Source: a virus (lineage: Duplodnaviria; Caudoviricetes). From it: a stretch of DNA of 64,000 bases. Shown piece after piece: positions 30,854-41,242 of the stretch. A program made the translations under genes and the position numbers. The DNA lies in IMG/VR virus record IMGVR_UViG_3300044551_000092, positions 1 to 64,000 of that record, one strand, 5' to 3'. The notes beneath the pieces are model-generated. The model was not told the DNA's origin. It searched no databases and was given only the letters and a program-made list of their open reading frames with translations. Position 1 is the stretch's first letter; the number at the start of each line of letters is the position of its first letter.

Positions 30854-31513
30854 CTACCCTTCTTTCAATACCTTAACTTGGACTGTCTGTGTACCCATCG
30901 ACAATCTTGCTTCGGGAACATAATAGTCAATATGCTTGCCATTAATAGCGCCGCCGACATCGTCCGCTCTGCGTTTTTCAATATGACCATCAGAAAATTT
31001 AATAAGAACCCAACTGTCTAAAGGAATCACTTTAGGATCAACAGCAATAGTCACACCAGCCTTGACGGGCCGACCGCTTTTTGTTATTCCAAATCCTTTG
31101 TCGCCAATATCCTTGCCCGTTGATTGGCCGTAGGCATCGTAGTAAGTCAATTTAAAGCGTTCCCATTCTCCCTTTTCTTTTAGAAGTTGTTTTGCAATCT
31201 CATGATTTTCCTGACTTAGTTGGTCATTTTTCTGCAGAAGCAGATGAATGACTTTTTCCTGCTGCCGGTCTTCTTGCTTCCAAGTCAAAAATCTCTGATT
31301 ATATTCTTTAGATAATTGACGAACATGAGTCTGAGATTTTCTATATTTCACGTTCATTTCCATTAAACGAGAATGTAACACTGAACGAGAAATACTTAGA
31401 AAAACCACTGAAATTGCTAGTATAACGGTAATTATGAGATGTATAAAGCGATAACGCACCGAAACACCTCTTATGCTTTTTATTTTATCACATATGAGAG
31501 GATAATCGAACAT
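30854..31513 (-). CDS. 3D-domain cell-wall protein with an N-terminal TM helix and coiled coil
   Basis: GITKSG, TIAVDPKVIPL, ADDVGGAINGKHIDYY. Confidence 0.88.
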   Translation of the reverse strand: MFDYPLICDKIKSIRGVSVRYRFIHLIITVILAISVVFLSISRSVLHSRLMEMNVKYRKSQTHVRQLSKEYNQRFLTWKQEDRQQEKVIHLLLQKNDQLSQENHEIAKQLLKEKGEWERFKLTYYDAYGQSTGKDIGDKGFGITKSGRPVKAGVTIAVDPKVIPLDSWVLIKFSDGHIEKRRADDVGGAINGKHIDYYVPEARLSMGTQTVQVKVLKEG

Positions 31514-31533
31514 ATATTTTGTGTTTCATAAAA

Positions 31534-32208
31534 TTAGATATCCAATCCTTGAATGTTTTCTGGATGCAACGCAAACCAAGGGGCGTACCAGAAACATTGT
31601 ATTTTGCACAATTTCACAGAAATTGAGCTAATATCCTCGCCCCTAACATTTAAAAAATAATTAGACGCTGCTAAAATCAGACTGCCACATCCAACACAGG
31701 GATCATAAATTGTCTTTGTTTTACAAGAAGAATTTTCAAGTAAATCAATCATGATCTGTGCTAAAGAAAAAGGTGTCGGAAAATAACCGATAGATGATTT
31801 ATATCCAGGCCCTGTATGTTCCGATAAAATCATACTAAGATAATCTGTTGGCGCATCAAGCACCTGAAATAAATCAAAATTTCGATAGTAATACTCATTG
31901 ATTTCAGTGGGAATGTAATCAATCTCTTTCCCCTGCCCCAGCCCCCATAGCAGCCAATCCGAAAAACTATCGATTGATGTATTAGTTTTTTCTAAACAGT
32001 GCCGTAACATCTTGTTTGCTTGACAGACTTTTGAATCGCCAATTGGGGCCCATTGAATTTTAGGAATAGGTCCACTGTCTTTGACTGTCCCCTTTTGCAG
32101 AATAGCAAACCAATAATTCCATCGGCCCCACAATAACTCGTCATACGCAAAAAGGAAGGGTAACAGCCAGCCTTTCTTTTTATATACTTCTTTCGCTGTG
32201 CTTGGCAA
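31534..32208 (-). CDS. N6-DNA-methylase-like SAM-binding fragment
   Basis: YFPTP, YDPCVGCGSLIL; no NPPY motif; frame open about 100 nt further upstream. Confidence 0.7.
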   Translation of the reverse strand: MPSTAKEVYKKKGWLLPFLFAYDELLWGRWNYWFAILQKGTVKDSGPIPKIQWAPIGDSKVCQANKMLRHCLEKTNTSIDSFSDWLLWGLGQGKEIDYIPTEINEYYYRNFDLFQVLDAPTDYLSMILSEHTGPGYKSSIGYFPTPFSLAQIMIDLLENSSCKTKTIYDPCVGCGSLILAASNYFLNVRGEDISSISVKLCKIQCFWYAPWFALHPENIQGLDI

Positions 32209-32299
32209 TCCATTAACTATATCAGCGGCTAAACGAAATACGGTTGATTGTAGTTGAATCAGTTGATCCTGTGAAAAACGATTAATCTGATAGTCAAAT

Positions 32300-32593
32300 T
32301 TATTTATGTGTTTTCACTTCCCGTCGATAAATCATTACTGGGACAATCCGGTGACCAATACAGGTGAATAGAGGTTCAACTGGAACTGAACTTGTGATAT
32401 ATGGGTTTGCTGACCAACCATGATCAATCATTTTGCGGGCATGAGTATGAAAATCATCGTCAGATTCATATTGATATTTTACTTCTTCTAAAAGTCGTTG
32501 TGATACTTTTTTCATAAAGTCTTTTCCCCTTTTCACAAGAAAATAGTAAGAGCCAGCCCTAGTAAAACGAGGAACCCAATCCAGAGATTCCAA
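32300..32593 (-). CDS. Hypothetical protein
   Basis: AAGGGG RBS before MKKVSQ. Confidence 0.5.
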   Translation of the reverse strand: MESLDWVPRFTRAGSYYFLVKRGKDFMKKVSQRLLEEVKYQYESDDDFHTHARKMIDHGWSANPYITSSVPVEPLFTCIGHRIVPVMIYRREVKTHK

Positions 32594-32693
32594 TACAAAA
32601 GTTTACAAAATTCTTCCCATAGCCAAGCGAACCATGAATATCGATGATAAAGTTCAAGTCCAATCCAAATGAGTAACAAACAGATAAAAATTA

Positions 32694-33560
32694 TTAGGCT
32701 GAACACGTTAAATTCAACTCCGTTGCTCTGTTATACAACTTATGGCTAAAGTACGTTGGTCTTGACAACCCCGTCCTGGCATTAAAATTGGTATAGTGTG
32801 AAACGATTTGTAAATCAAATAAAATGTTATTAAGATAACCGGTAAGGATTAATGCTGCGAACTCATTCGTTTGCATTCGCTGTGGATGATTGACAATCGT
32901 CTGACCGCAAGCCTCTGTTGGCAAACGTGTGTCCTGATCCTTTAAAATATCACCGTAAATAGCGCCGACAGGCGGTAGAAGTTCTGTATCGTGAAATCTA
33001 AAGCCACATACGACCTGCCCGGAATAGCCCATTTCTCTCTGCGTTTTTTTATCTTCTGCTGGATTGATGGCATCAATACCCGCATCAATATATATAATGG
33101 TCGGGATCTTCTGAAAAACTTGATGCATTAACTGGCGTGTCGCATTATTATCAACACATCCAATCAATATGGGTAAATAGGCTGCAGATAAATGATATTG
33201 ATGAAATAGCTTTATTAAATCATCTGGTTTATCTAAATAAGACGAATAAGCAGTAATGGGTAAATTATAATTTGATCCGTAACGGTCGGCTAGAACGGCC
33301 GCTTTAGGTTGATTAAGATCGGCCGGAATAAAAGGCTGACGGCATAAATTCTTCTCTTCAACTTGATCTCCGTCTATTAACATATAAGAAAATGGGTTGC
33401 CTAAATCTGATAGAACGGAAAGCATCTTAGCTAATCGCTGTACAACGTATCCTCCGGTGCCACCGACGCCAACCTGAATTAAATCAAATTCAAAACAGTC
33501 GTAAGAAAAGGATTTATTTTTTTTATACATAGAGTTTAGATTAAAAGTAGGATGATACAT
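32694..33560 (-). CDS. ThiF/E1 family adenylyltransferase (PRTRC type)
   Basis: VGVGGTGG, DGDQVEEKNLCRQ, GCVDNNATR, GQV, EAC. Confidence 0.9.
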   Translation of the reverse strand: MYHPTFNLNSMYKKNKSFSYDCFEFDLIQVGVGGTGGYVVQRLAKMLSVLSDLGNPFSYMLIDGDQVEEKNLCRQPFIPADLNQPKAAVLADRYGSNYNLPITAYSSYLDKPDDLIKLFHQYHLSAAYLPILIGCVDNNATRQLMHQVFQKIPTIIYIDAGIDAINPAEDKKTQREMGYSGQVVCGFRFHDTELLPPVGAIYGDILKDQDTRLPTEACGQTIVNHPQRMQTNEFAALILTGYLNNILFDLQIVSHYTNFNARTGLSRPTYFSHKLYNRATELNLTCSA

Positions 33561-33929
33561 TTATCCTTTCTTGCCTCCACTGACCCGCACATATAGATGC
33601 TTTTTCTCCTCATTCACATCAAAAGATGTACGATCCTTAGATAATTCTGGAAAGTCTTCTTCTAGATATTGACGGATTTCCTCCTGAGTCATCTCTGCAG
33701 GGACTCGCTTCTCATGGCCGGCAAAAAATACTGTATATTCTGTCCCGTATTTTTTCTCGTGGATCTTAGGAGTAGCACTTTCTTTTTTTGCAGATGATTC
33801 TTGTTTAATCGGATTCCCGAATAGATCGCGAGGGGTGTCATCGGCAGTACTATCATCTTTCTTGGGTTCATCAGGCACGGTCTGTTTGATCTCAAAGGTT
33901 TCTTGCTTTTTATCATTTTCTAATTCCAT
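33561..33929 (-). CDS. Ubiquitin-like protein (PRTRC protein C-like) with a disordered N-terminus
   Basis: EEIRQYLEEDFPELS...VSGGKKG C-terminus; lies between E2 and E1. Confidence 0.7.
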   Translation of the reverse strand: MELENDKKQETFEIKQTVPDEPKKDDSTADDTPRDLFGNPIKQESSAKKESATPKIHEKKYGTEYTVFFAGHEKRVPAEMTQEEIRQYLEEDFPELSKDRTSFDVNEEKKHLYVRVSGGKKG

Positions 33930-33950
33930 TTGTGAAAACCTCCATTAAAT

Positions 33951-34652
33951 TTAATCATTTATAAAATCATCTGACCATTTCTGAAACGTAAGTTGATCGT
34001 GATTATCGGACATTGGGACAAAGAATTTTTTTGGAAAGGTATTTTTACCCTGAAGCTGTTCAAAGACCTGCCTTAAAGGCCAATCAGTGTTATTTGTTTG
34101 ACCCGCCGTATAAAGATGATCCCCGTTATCCGTATGAATCCAAGCATCGGGGAAACTTTCCAAAGCGACTAAGTCTGGGTAGCTTTCATTACTATAATAA
34201 CAAAGCTTACCGTCCATATAGACATTGCTATATGGGAACCGATAAAGTGGCGTATTCCTTCGCAATACAGGTTTTTGATAGACAGCTACACTGATATTAG
34301 TAAGATACAAATTTTTAGAAACTTTGAAACCGAACACAAGCTTTGGATAAGGAATTTGTGGAAATAACTGATTATGATAAGTAATATCAAAAGCCCCGCC
34401 CTTAAATGTCATAAAGACCACATGACTCTGATCGGATCGCTTTGCGTAACGGACCGTATTTGGTGGCAGCGCCGGCGTATCTAAGACAACGACTGGGCGA
34501 ACTATATCATTGTCTTTGACTTGTTCCACTGCCGATTGGATATAAGTCAGCAAAGTATCGTGATACACCTGAAATTGTTGCGTGGCCCCCTGATTTTCAA
34601 GCGTAATTTTTGGAAGATCCTGATCGTTCAATTCGATAGTGACTCGTGACAA
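33951..34652 (-). CDS. Prokaryotic E2 family D (PRTRC protein B-like)
   Basis: TPALP, IPYPKLVF, TPLYRFPYSNVYMDGKLC; TTG start behind GGAGG. Confidence 0.8.
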   Translation of the reverse strand: MSRVTIELNDQDLPKITLENQGATQQFQVYHDTLLTYIQSAVEQVKDNDIVRPVVVLDTPALPPNTVRYAKRSDQSHVVFMTFKGGAFDITYHNQLFPQIPYPKLVFGFKVSKNLYLTNISVAVYQKPVLRRNTPLYRFPYSNVYMDGKLCYYSNESYPDLVALESFPDAWIHTDNGDHLYTAGQTNNTDWPLRQVFEQLQGKNTFPKKFFVPMSDNHDQLTFQKWSDDFIND

Positions 34653-35248
34653 GAAAGTTGCCCTCCTTCCCTTAAGGGGTAACAATGAAACACTTCATGG
34701 TATAATTCAACAATGTCATGAAAAGCACGATAGAAATTAATCAATTTATCCGAATAACGCAAAGGACATGTTTCAGCAAGTATAAGCGTATGCCAAGTAT
34801 TCAGTGAGCTTTTCCAAATAAAATGATTATTAAATGCGCTAGATGAATACATGTCGCCACCATCACTATCGTCATAACACTGTTCTAAATAAACATAGTC
34901 CTTTTTAAAACGTGTCAAATAAGCGTTAGGAAATAGCAGTAATCGTTGAACAAGACGATCAAAAAAGGGAAATTGAAAGATTTCAATACAAGTAATCTCC
35001 TCATCTAACCATTCATATTTAACCTTCTCAAAGTCGATTAATTGAACATCGTAAGGCCAAATGACTTTTTTAATATCCTTATCAAAATCACAACAGGCCT
35101 CATAAAGGTTATCCTCAGTATCAAATAAAATCTCTTGTCTATCTGGTGTATCTGAGAAGTGCATAAGCATGAATTTATACATGATCATCCGATCAATAAT
35201 AGATGCAAAGGCAAATTGTTCATCTTCAGAGAAGTAGCTGATACTCAT
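34628..35248 (-). CDS. Hypothetical protein
   Basis: Coupled to the E2 gene. Confidence 0.6.
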   Translation of the reverse strand: MSISYFSEDEQFAFASIIDRMIMYKFMLMHFSDTPDRQEILFDTEDNLYEACCDFDKDIKKVIWPYDVQLIDFEKVKYEWLDEEITCIEIFQFPFFDRLVQRLLLFPNAYLTRFKKDYVYLEQCYDDSDGGDMYSSSAFNNHFIWKSSLNTWHTLILAETCPLRYSDKLINFYRAFHDIVELYHEVFHCYPLREGGQLSCHESLSN

Positions 35249-35580
35249 ATGAATTCCGCCTTTTTAACGCGTGGCAGTTGAGCGATTCCTGTCATTAAAT
35301 CTTGAGCACGAATTAACTCATAACAGGGGTTGCCCCTGAAGCCAGACAGATCATTATTTTCAACATAGTAATCAGTAATGACACCATCACGTAAGGCATC
35401 CATAGACCATTCAAGCTGTTCCAATGAAAACTGTTTCATATCTTTTTTGGTCGCATAATCATGCGAAAAAATATATTTAAAAACATCGAAACAATCCCGG
35501 CAATATTTTACCTCCTGTTCGGGCAATGGTCGCATCATTTGTAGATTTTCGATAATCAAATTAAATTTTTTCTGATTCAT
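35245..35580 (-). CDS. Hypothetical protein
   Basis: GGAGGAGGG RBS. Confidence 0.65.
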   Translation of the reverse strand: MNQKKFNLIIENLQMMRPLPEQEVKYCRDCFDVFKYIFSHDYATKKDMKQFSLEQLEWSMDALRDGVITDYYVENNDLSGFRGNPCYELIRAQDLMTGIAQLPRVKKAEFI

Positions 35581-36047
35581 GAGGACTTCCCTCCTCCCTC
35601 TATGAATTGAATCAGTGGATCATTAAGACCTCGACAATGGGCTTCTCGAACAAGGAGCATAATGATCAAATATTCTCGCCATAATAAATTGTAATGATGG
35701 TAAAATTTCTGCTCACGTTTAAATTGTTTAGTTTTTGAATACGATTTTTTTGATTGAGATGCAGACTTATGGCTAAATAGATTATAAGGCCCATGTAAAA
35801 GTAAATGGTCGAACTCTGAAATTAATTCTTTTAATATAACAAAGCGTCTTTTTAATTCTGGTTTACGGGCAATCAAATTTAAAATAGCCAATAGATGATC
35901 GTCCGACAAATCATAAGGGTAGACCATCTGAAAGTCTTTCGTGATCCAAAAGTAATTCTTATAACGATTTTCAAATTTTAGATTTTCCGGCCACGGTATC
36001 GCTTTTTTTTGAAAGGTATGGACTAAATATACATGAATTAACTCCAA
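35577..36047 (-). CDS. Hypothetical protein (MELI..Y start)
   Basis: GGAGGTG RBS. Confidence 0.6.
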   Translation of the reverse strand: MELIHVYLVHTFQKKAIPWPENLKFENRYKNYFWITKDFQMVYPYDLSDDHLLAILNLIARKPELKRRFVILKELISEFDHLLLHGPYNLFSHKSASQSKKSYSKTKQFKREQKFYHHYNLLWREYLIIMLLVREAHCRGLNDPLIQFIEGGGKSS

Positions 36048-36082
36048 TTCAAAAAAGCCACCTCCATTTCAAATGAATAATT

Positions 36083-36625
36083 TTATGCTTGACAGTAAAG
36101 GTTCTGAGTACAAAGCGCGGTCATAAAATCATGTATGTTCGCTTGTTGCTCATTTTCTTCTGATTTTATAACCAGATCCCCTATTTTTACGGCATAACCA
36201 GCAGCATACTCCACAAGAAATCGAGTTAAGTCGCACTTTTCCCATTTAAGAGAATTATATACTTGAGATTTTTTAAACGTCGATTCAAAAATAGAACCCG
36301 TAATATGATACTTATCGCACTCGATAACCGGCGTAACAGCTAATGTATTGCCTTTGTCAATGGTAATTAACGATCCATCTTCTTTCTTTGTAAACTGCAA
36401 ACCCGAATGAAGAGCAGTGGCAATATCGCCCACTTTCATACGTTTAACGATAGATTTAAAATCGAACACTTCGATAGCTTGAATATCGTCATCTGTGAGA
36501 TCTTCAACTTTAAAATCGTCTTCCTCACCAATGTGTTGGGTTTGAAAAATTCTAATTCTGTCTTCTGGAATTCCAAACTTTTTTGACAACATTTTAGATA
36601 ACTTTTTGAGTTCTTCATCGGGCAT
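36083..36625 (-). CDS. Hypothetical protein
   Basis: GAGGTGA RBS. Confidence 0.65.
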   Translation of the reverse strand: MPDEELKKLSKMLSKKFGIPEDRIRIFQTQHIGEEDDFKVEDLTDDDIQAIEVFDFKSIVKRMKVGDIATALHSGLQFTKKEDGSLITIDKGNTLAVTPVIECDKYHITGSIFESTFKKSQVYNSLKWEKCDLTRFLVEYAAGYAVKIGDLVIKSEENEQQANIHDFMTALCTQNLYCQA

Positions 36626-36636
36626 AAATCTTCACC

Positions 36637-36996
36637 TCAATCTTTATATTTGGGTACACGTTTTATTAATTCATACTCAGAAGTCAGTTTTCCCATCTGA
36701 AAATATAAGTCAAATAATTCCTTTGAACTTGGATTAGCTTTTTTAAGTCTTTTTATCTTAATATCAATGGCGTGCATTTTTTTCTTAAGATAGTCTGCTT
36801 GACTAAGTGCCGCCCCACCCTGTTTATGACGATATAAATGATTTTCTTCTTTTTCATATTTTAAAACAATATCAATAATTCGAGAAAACGAAGGTCCGCT
36901 TTGTCTAATTGAATGGGATATTTTATTTAGATAAGATTGGTATTTTTTTCGCCGATCGATCTCTGACCGTAGATAGTCGTGACACATGATGTTCAT
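36637..36996 (-). CDS. Hypothetical protein
   Basis: AAGGA RBS. Confidence 0.55.
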   Translation of the reverse strand: MNIMCHDYLRSEIDRRKKYQSYLNKISHSIRQSGPSFSRIIDIVLKYEKEENHLYRHKQGGAALSQADYLKKKMHAIDIKIKRLKKANPSSKELFDLYFQMGKLTSEYELIKRVPKYKD

Positions 36997-37534
36997 CCTT
37001 TTTCTGTAAACGATATTGATAATTTATTCCCACTTCACTAGTAATAAAATTCTCTCGTAGAACTTCATACCATTTTTGATCAGCGTAGTAGCCATTTTGC
37101 AATAAGGACTGATCGTGAAGAATACCCACGATATTTCCACCTATGCGATGGATCCAACGGTCATACATTTTTTCTGCCGGATTACCGATATTAACTTCAA
37201 AATTAAGTTTATGGAATCGATATTTAAAAAATATATCAAGGATTGCTTGACGGAGATCCCGACCGAAAATTAATGATAATTTATCCTTTTTAAAGTTAAT
37301 TATCTGCAGATCATCAGCAATAAGTTTTTCACGATCAATCCTATAAAAAATCATACCAATAACGTGATTCTGTGAATTTACACTGACTAAATGCATATTG
37401 TTCCAAGTGGAATCAGCTATTTCTAATTTATCACGCCAAGAATAGTTAAAGGCATATTGATAGTCGAGATTATTTAAAATACTGAGATAAAGCTTATTGA
37501 GCTCAACCTCATATAGCTTTGCCGGCATAAGCAT
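36923..37534 (-). CDS. GNAT (RimJ/L-like) acetyltransferase
   Basis: FHKLNFEVNIGNPA..MY..IGG.IVG; start moved behind GGAGG. Confidence 0.7.
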   Translation of the reverse strand: MLMPAKLYEVELNKLYLSILNNLDYQYAFNYSWRDKLEIADSTWNNMHLVSVNSQNHVIGMIFYRIDREKLIADDLQIINFKKDKLSLIFGRDLRQAILDIFFKYRFHKLNFEVNIGNPAEKMYDRWIHRIGGNIVGILHDQSLLQNGYYADQKWYEVLRENFITSEVGINYQYRLQKKDEHHVSRLSTVRDRSAKKIPILSK

Positions 37535-37745
37535 AACGATGAGACCTCCAATTAAAAAAATCTTGATCAGGTGAAAACTCATGCAGTTCTTCGTGCGGTG
37601 TGACTTTCTTACAGACATGGCACCACATATGTTTAATATGATGATCTGGTTTTAAACGTGATTTCCTTCTAAAAATTGAAATCTGTGTTCCACAATACTG
37701 GCAAGTTAGAAACACCTGTTTTGTCTTGATCTTGCTGTTTATCAC
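37509..37745 (-). CDS. L33-like Zn-ribbon protein
   Basis: CQYCG...I.R...HIKHMWCHVCKK. Confidence 0.65.
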   Translation of the reverse strand: MINSKIKTKQVFLTCQYCGTQISIFRRKSRLKPDHHIKHMWCHVCKKVTPHEELHEFSPDQDFFNWRSHRYAYAGKAI

Positions 37746-37846
37746 AATAGAATCATCTTCTTTCCATAATTCGCAAAAATCCCCTTCTTTTCTACAAATT
37801 TATTATGAATGATGATACACATCGTTTCAACTATTAGAAAAGAATA

Positions 37847-39049
37847 TCATATTTCTGCTTTAAAGTTGTAGACTGGTTTAATAATTCGATCAATCTTCAC
37901 CGTATTACCGATCAGATCAATAATTTCTTGTGACGGCTTATATGCGAATGGGGCCTCGTCGATTGTTTGCATAGATATAGAAGTTGAATAAATTCCTCGC
38001 ATAGAAGATTTAAACTCATCTAATGACAATGTATTTTTTGCTTGGTGGCGAGACATTCTTCTTCCAGCACCATGTGGTGCAGAACAATTCCAGTCTGTGT
38101 TCCCTTTTCCCTTCGCGATAATTGAACCATCACGCATGTTTAATGGAATAATCAAACGTTGCCCATTATATGCTGCTGTAGCTCCCTTTCGAACGATCAT
38201 AGCGTCTAAGTCAATATAATTGTGAACGGAATCAAAACGATCAGTCTCGTGCCACCCCATTTGCTTAAGAATAACATCGGCCATTGTTTTACGGTTCAAA
38301 TAAGCAAATTGCTGAGCTATTTTCATATCATGTAAATAGTCGCGCATAGAAGTGCTAGATACATAACACAATTCTTTTTTGGGCTTGATATGCGATTTCT
38401 TAAACTCTAAAATACGGCTTTCGATGTCCTGATCCTGATTGTTTTTTTTTAGAAAGTAAATCAATGAGTTAATTTGTTTTTGATTGCGTTGACATTCGTC
38501 AATAGCTAATTTTTGATAATATTTAGCTACCTGAACACCTAAATTACGAGAACCGGAATGAATGACTAAATAATAATTCCCTTGCTCAGAGCGATCTACT
38601 TCAATAAAATGATTGCCTCCACCAAGAGTTCCAAGACTTAAACGAATTCGATGCCAATTAATTTGATTCATAGCATCAAAAATATTTAAATCAAACAATG
38701 GTACTTTTTGAATATTTTCATGTTCAGTAGAACGTACGTTAAAACCAGAAGGAATATATTGATGAACAACATAATCAAGTTTTTGATAATCAATAAAGTG
38801 TTCTGCGAGTTTTACACAACGCATTCCGCACCCCACATCAACACCGACTAGATTTGGGACAATTTTGTCTTTAATTGTTGCTGTAAAGCCAATCACACAT
38901 CCGGCTCCACTATGACAATCCGGCATAATGCGAATCTTGCTGTCTTTCAAAAAATCTTGATCACTAACCTCCTTAACTTGCTGCCACGCTGATTCTTCAA
39001 TATCGTTAGTAAATACTTTCGTATTTTTGTATATTTTCATTTGTACCAA
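37847..39049 (-). CDS. rtcB: RtcB-family RNA ligase
   Basis: MPDCHSG.GC.IG, VGVDVGCG, LGTLGGGNHFIE, HNYID, SAPHGAGR. Confidence 0.95.
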   Translation of the reverse strand: MVQMKIYKNTKVFTNDIEESAWQQVKEVSDQDFLKDSKIRIMPDCHSGAGCVIGFTATIKDKIVPNLVGVDVGCGMRCVKLAEHFIDYQKLDYVVHQYIPSGFNVRSTEHENIQKVPLFDLNIFDAMNQINWHRIRLSLGTLGGGNHFIEVDRSEQGNYYLVIHSGSRNLGVQVAKYYQKLAIDECQRNQKQINSLIYFLKKNNQDQDIESRILEFKKSHIKPKKELCYVSSTSMRDYLHDMKIAQQFAYLNRKTMADVILKQMGWHETDRFDSVHNYIDLDAMIVRKGATAAYNGQRLIIPLNMRDGSIIAKGKGNTDWNCSAPHGAGRRMSRHQAKNTLSLDEFKSSMRGIYSTSISMQTIDEAPFAYKPSQEIIDLIGNTVKIDRIIKPVYNFKAEI

Positions 39050-39081
39050 TCCTTCATTTTAGAAATCTTAATGGTGATCTT

Positions 39082-39447
39082 TTAATTTTCAAAATTGATA
39101 TTTTCTAGGTCAGATATAGATTTTAGTTCTGTGACTGTATATTCGGTATCCCACTCTTCAGGACTGTCCCAATAAGCCGGTATTCGGACAAAATCAGCTT
39201 CTACGATAGCGAAAAACCAATAATCATAATTATTTTCAAGTGTAAGTTTATTTTCATCAAATTGATCTATAATTTCATATTCGAGATCATCAAAGATGTC
39301 GGTCCCCTTCTTATCGTTATCGATGCGTCGTACAATCTCTAGTCCTGTTGAATTTTCTTTTGGGTCATCTGATTTTCGATAAAAATGTCCACAGATAAAG
39401 GCTTTTATACTCATTTCACTGTTCACTTCTTTACTTTTAAATTTCAA
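39082..39447 (-). CDS. Hypothetical acidic protein
   Basis: Co-oriented ORF. Confidence 0.6.
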   Translation of the reverse strand: MKFKSKEVNSEMSIKAFICGHFYRKSDDPKENSTGLEIVRRIDNDKKGTDIFDDLEYEIIDQFDENKLTLENNYDYWFFAIVEADFVRIPAYWDSPEEWDTEYTVTELKSISDLENINFEN

Positions 39448-39457
39448 ATTAAAATAA

Positions 39458-41242
39458 TTATTTTCCTTCGATAATTGTCTTGGCTAATTCTGATTTTTTA
39501 GCCAAGATCTCAAGCATATGTTGGTCGTAACTATTAGCCATGATGAAATATTGAATCTCAATATTTGGATTCGGGTTGCCGGTCCGATCAATCCGACCGT
39601 TCCGCTGCTCAATATCTTGAGGAGACCAAGGCAAGTCTATATGAATCAGATATTTAGCGGCCTGTAAATTAGCTCCAGCAGATAGTGCATCGCTTGTTAC
39701 TAGAATTTTACTGGCTGGGTTAGTCATAAAACTCTCTTTGATATAATCCTTTTGGATTGCCGGCAGCTTTCCATGAAATAATAAGGAGCCCGGTAAATAA
39801 CTGCTGACTAGTTCAGCCATTCTAGCAAAGCGTGTAAACATAACCACTTTCGCTTTTGGCTCATCGAATTCGAGTTGGTTAATAAGATCAATAATATAAT
39901 CAATTTTAGGAGACTGTAGACGCTCTTTAGGCTTAATACCACACTCGTTTAAAATATGAGTGCTTAAATTGGTTTTGGACATACGCAATAACTGAGGAGA
40001 ATCACAGTTAGCCAACATAAACTGATGATAACCTTGAATCATCTGATCGTAATATTCTTTTAATTGGTCAGGTCCAAGCAGTTTACCATTAATTACGCGT
40101 CCATTTAATGGTATATGTCGAGCATGATCTTTGAGGTCTTCAATTAAATCCTTTAGATAAGATTCAATTTTTGATTGTGTTGAAGTCATCTCGAAAAATT
40201 TACTGTTATGTTTAACTTTAGGTAGCTGTTGTTGGATTTCTGGCATGTCTTTGGTCCGGCGAATAAAGTAAGGTGCAATTCGATAATATAATTCTCCTTC
40301 ATTTTTATAGCCGGTGATGCCAAAACGAGAACTATATTGACAATACTGTTCTCGAAAATATGGCCAGGAGCCAAGTACTTGATCGTTTAGGAAATAAAAC
40401 AAGCTCCAAACTTCCTCTGCCTTTCCCTGTATGGGAGTAGCAGTTGCTAGAAATCGATAAGGAATATTTTTTAATCTAAAGCATCCTAAAGCATTCTGTG
40501 AAGGAGTCATTTCTAACACTTGATCAGTAACCCCTGTTTTAATTTTCTGTGCTTCATCTAAAATAATTGCGTCAAACTTTAGATTTAAAATCTTTTCTAA
40601 AAATGCTTGTTGCCGAAGCATTTCATAATTAATGACAAGCACGTCCATATGCTTGCTTCGTAAACTGCTTCTTTTATAAGCACTAATTACTTTCATTCGA
40701 TTAGATTTAGTACCAACAGCTGCAAACCCCATGAAGCCAAGAAACTTATTAACTTCTTTGGCCCACTGGGTTTTTATGCTGCTCAACGTAACTACAAGCA
40801 CCCGTTTTACTTTATTTTGTTGCCATAATAAATAACAGGCTGCTAATGTGCTTGGCGTCTTCCCTAACCCCACACCATCAAAATCTGCGGCTTGACATCT
40901 CTGAGCCATAAAATGAGCAGCCACAGCTTGATAAGGATAGGGTTTACATCGCCAAGTTTTAAAAGGCCCCTGATTTTCTAATTCTAAATGCTTTTGTATT
41001 AATTCATTATCTATTTTTAAATTTTTCACAATTTGTCTGAGTGGTTGAACCCAGACAATTTGATTGTCAAATATTTTTAATAGAGATGATAGTCTTTCTT
41101 TTGGAAACATCCATTCGCCTGTGTCTGTTTTATAAACACACTGTGGAATTTGCTTCACACGCTCGAGCGTTAAATTAAATGTTTTTCCAAGATCAAGTAT
41201 GCGAACATAGATATTCCCATACTGTTCACGAACCTGAATCAT
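39458..41242 (-). CDS. SNF2-family helicase
   Basis: GLGKT, ILDEAQKIK, TATP, GANLQ, EQRNGRIDRTG. Confidence 0.92.
   Translation of the reverse strand: MIQVREQYGNIYVRILDLGKTFNLTLERVKQIPQCVYKTDTGEWMFPKERLSSLLKIFDNQIVWVQPLRQIVKNLKIDNELIQKHLELENQGPFKTWRCKPYPYQAVAAHFMAQRCQAADFDGVGLGKTPSTLAACYLLWQQNKVKRVLVVTLSSIKTQWAKEVNKFLGFMGFAAVGTKSNRMKVISAYKRSSLRSKHMDVLVINYEMLRQQAFLEKILNLKFDAIILDEAQKIKTGVTDQVLEMTPSQNALGCFRLKNIPYRFLATATPIQGKAEEVWSLFYFLNDQVLGSWPYFREQYCQYSSRFGITGYKNEGELYYRIAPYFIRRTKDMPEIQQQLPKVKHNSKFFEMTSTQSKIESYLKDLIEDLKDHARHIPLNGRVINGKLLGPDQLKEYYDQMIQGYHQFMLANCDSPQLLRMSKTNLSTHILNECGIKPKERLQSPKIDYIIDLINQLEFDEPKAKVVMFTRFARMAELVSSYLPGSLLFHGKLPAIQKDYIKESFMTNPASKILVTSDALSAGANLQAAKYLIHIDLPWSPQDIEQRNGRIDRTGNPNPNIEIQYFIMANSYDQHMLEILAKKSELAKTIIEGK

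Noticed and set aside
32963-32974. Tenth CC-GACA-GG hairpin (CGCC GACA GGCG)
   Set aside because: Inside the ThiF gene, lacks the downstream TG, and about one chance copy is plausible; not counted
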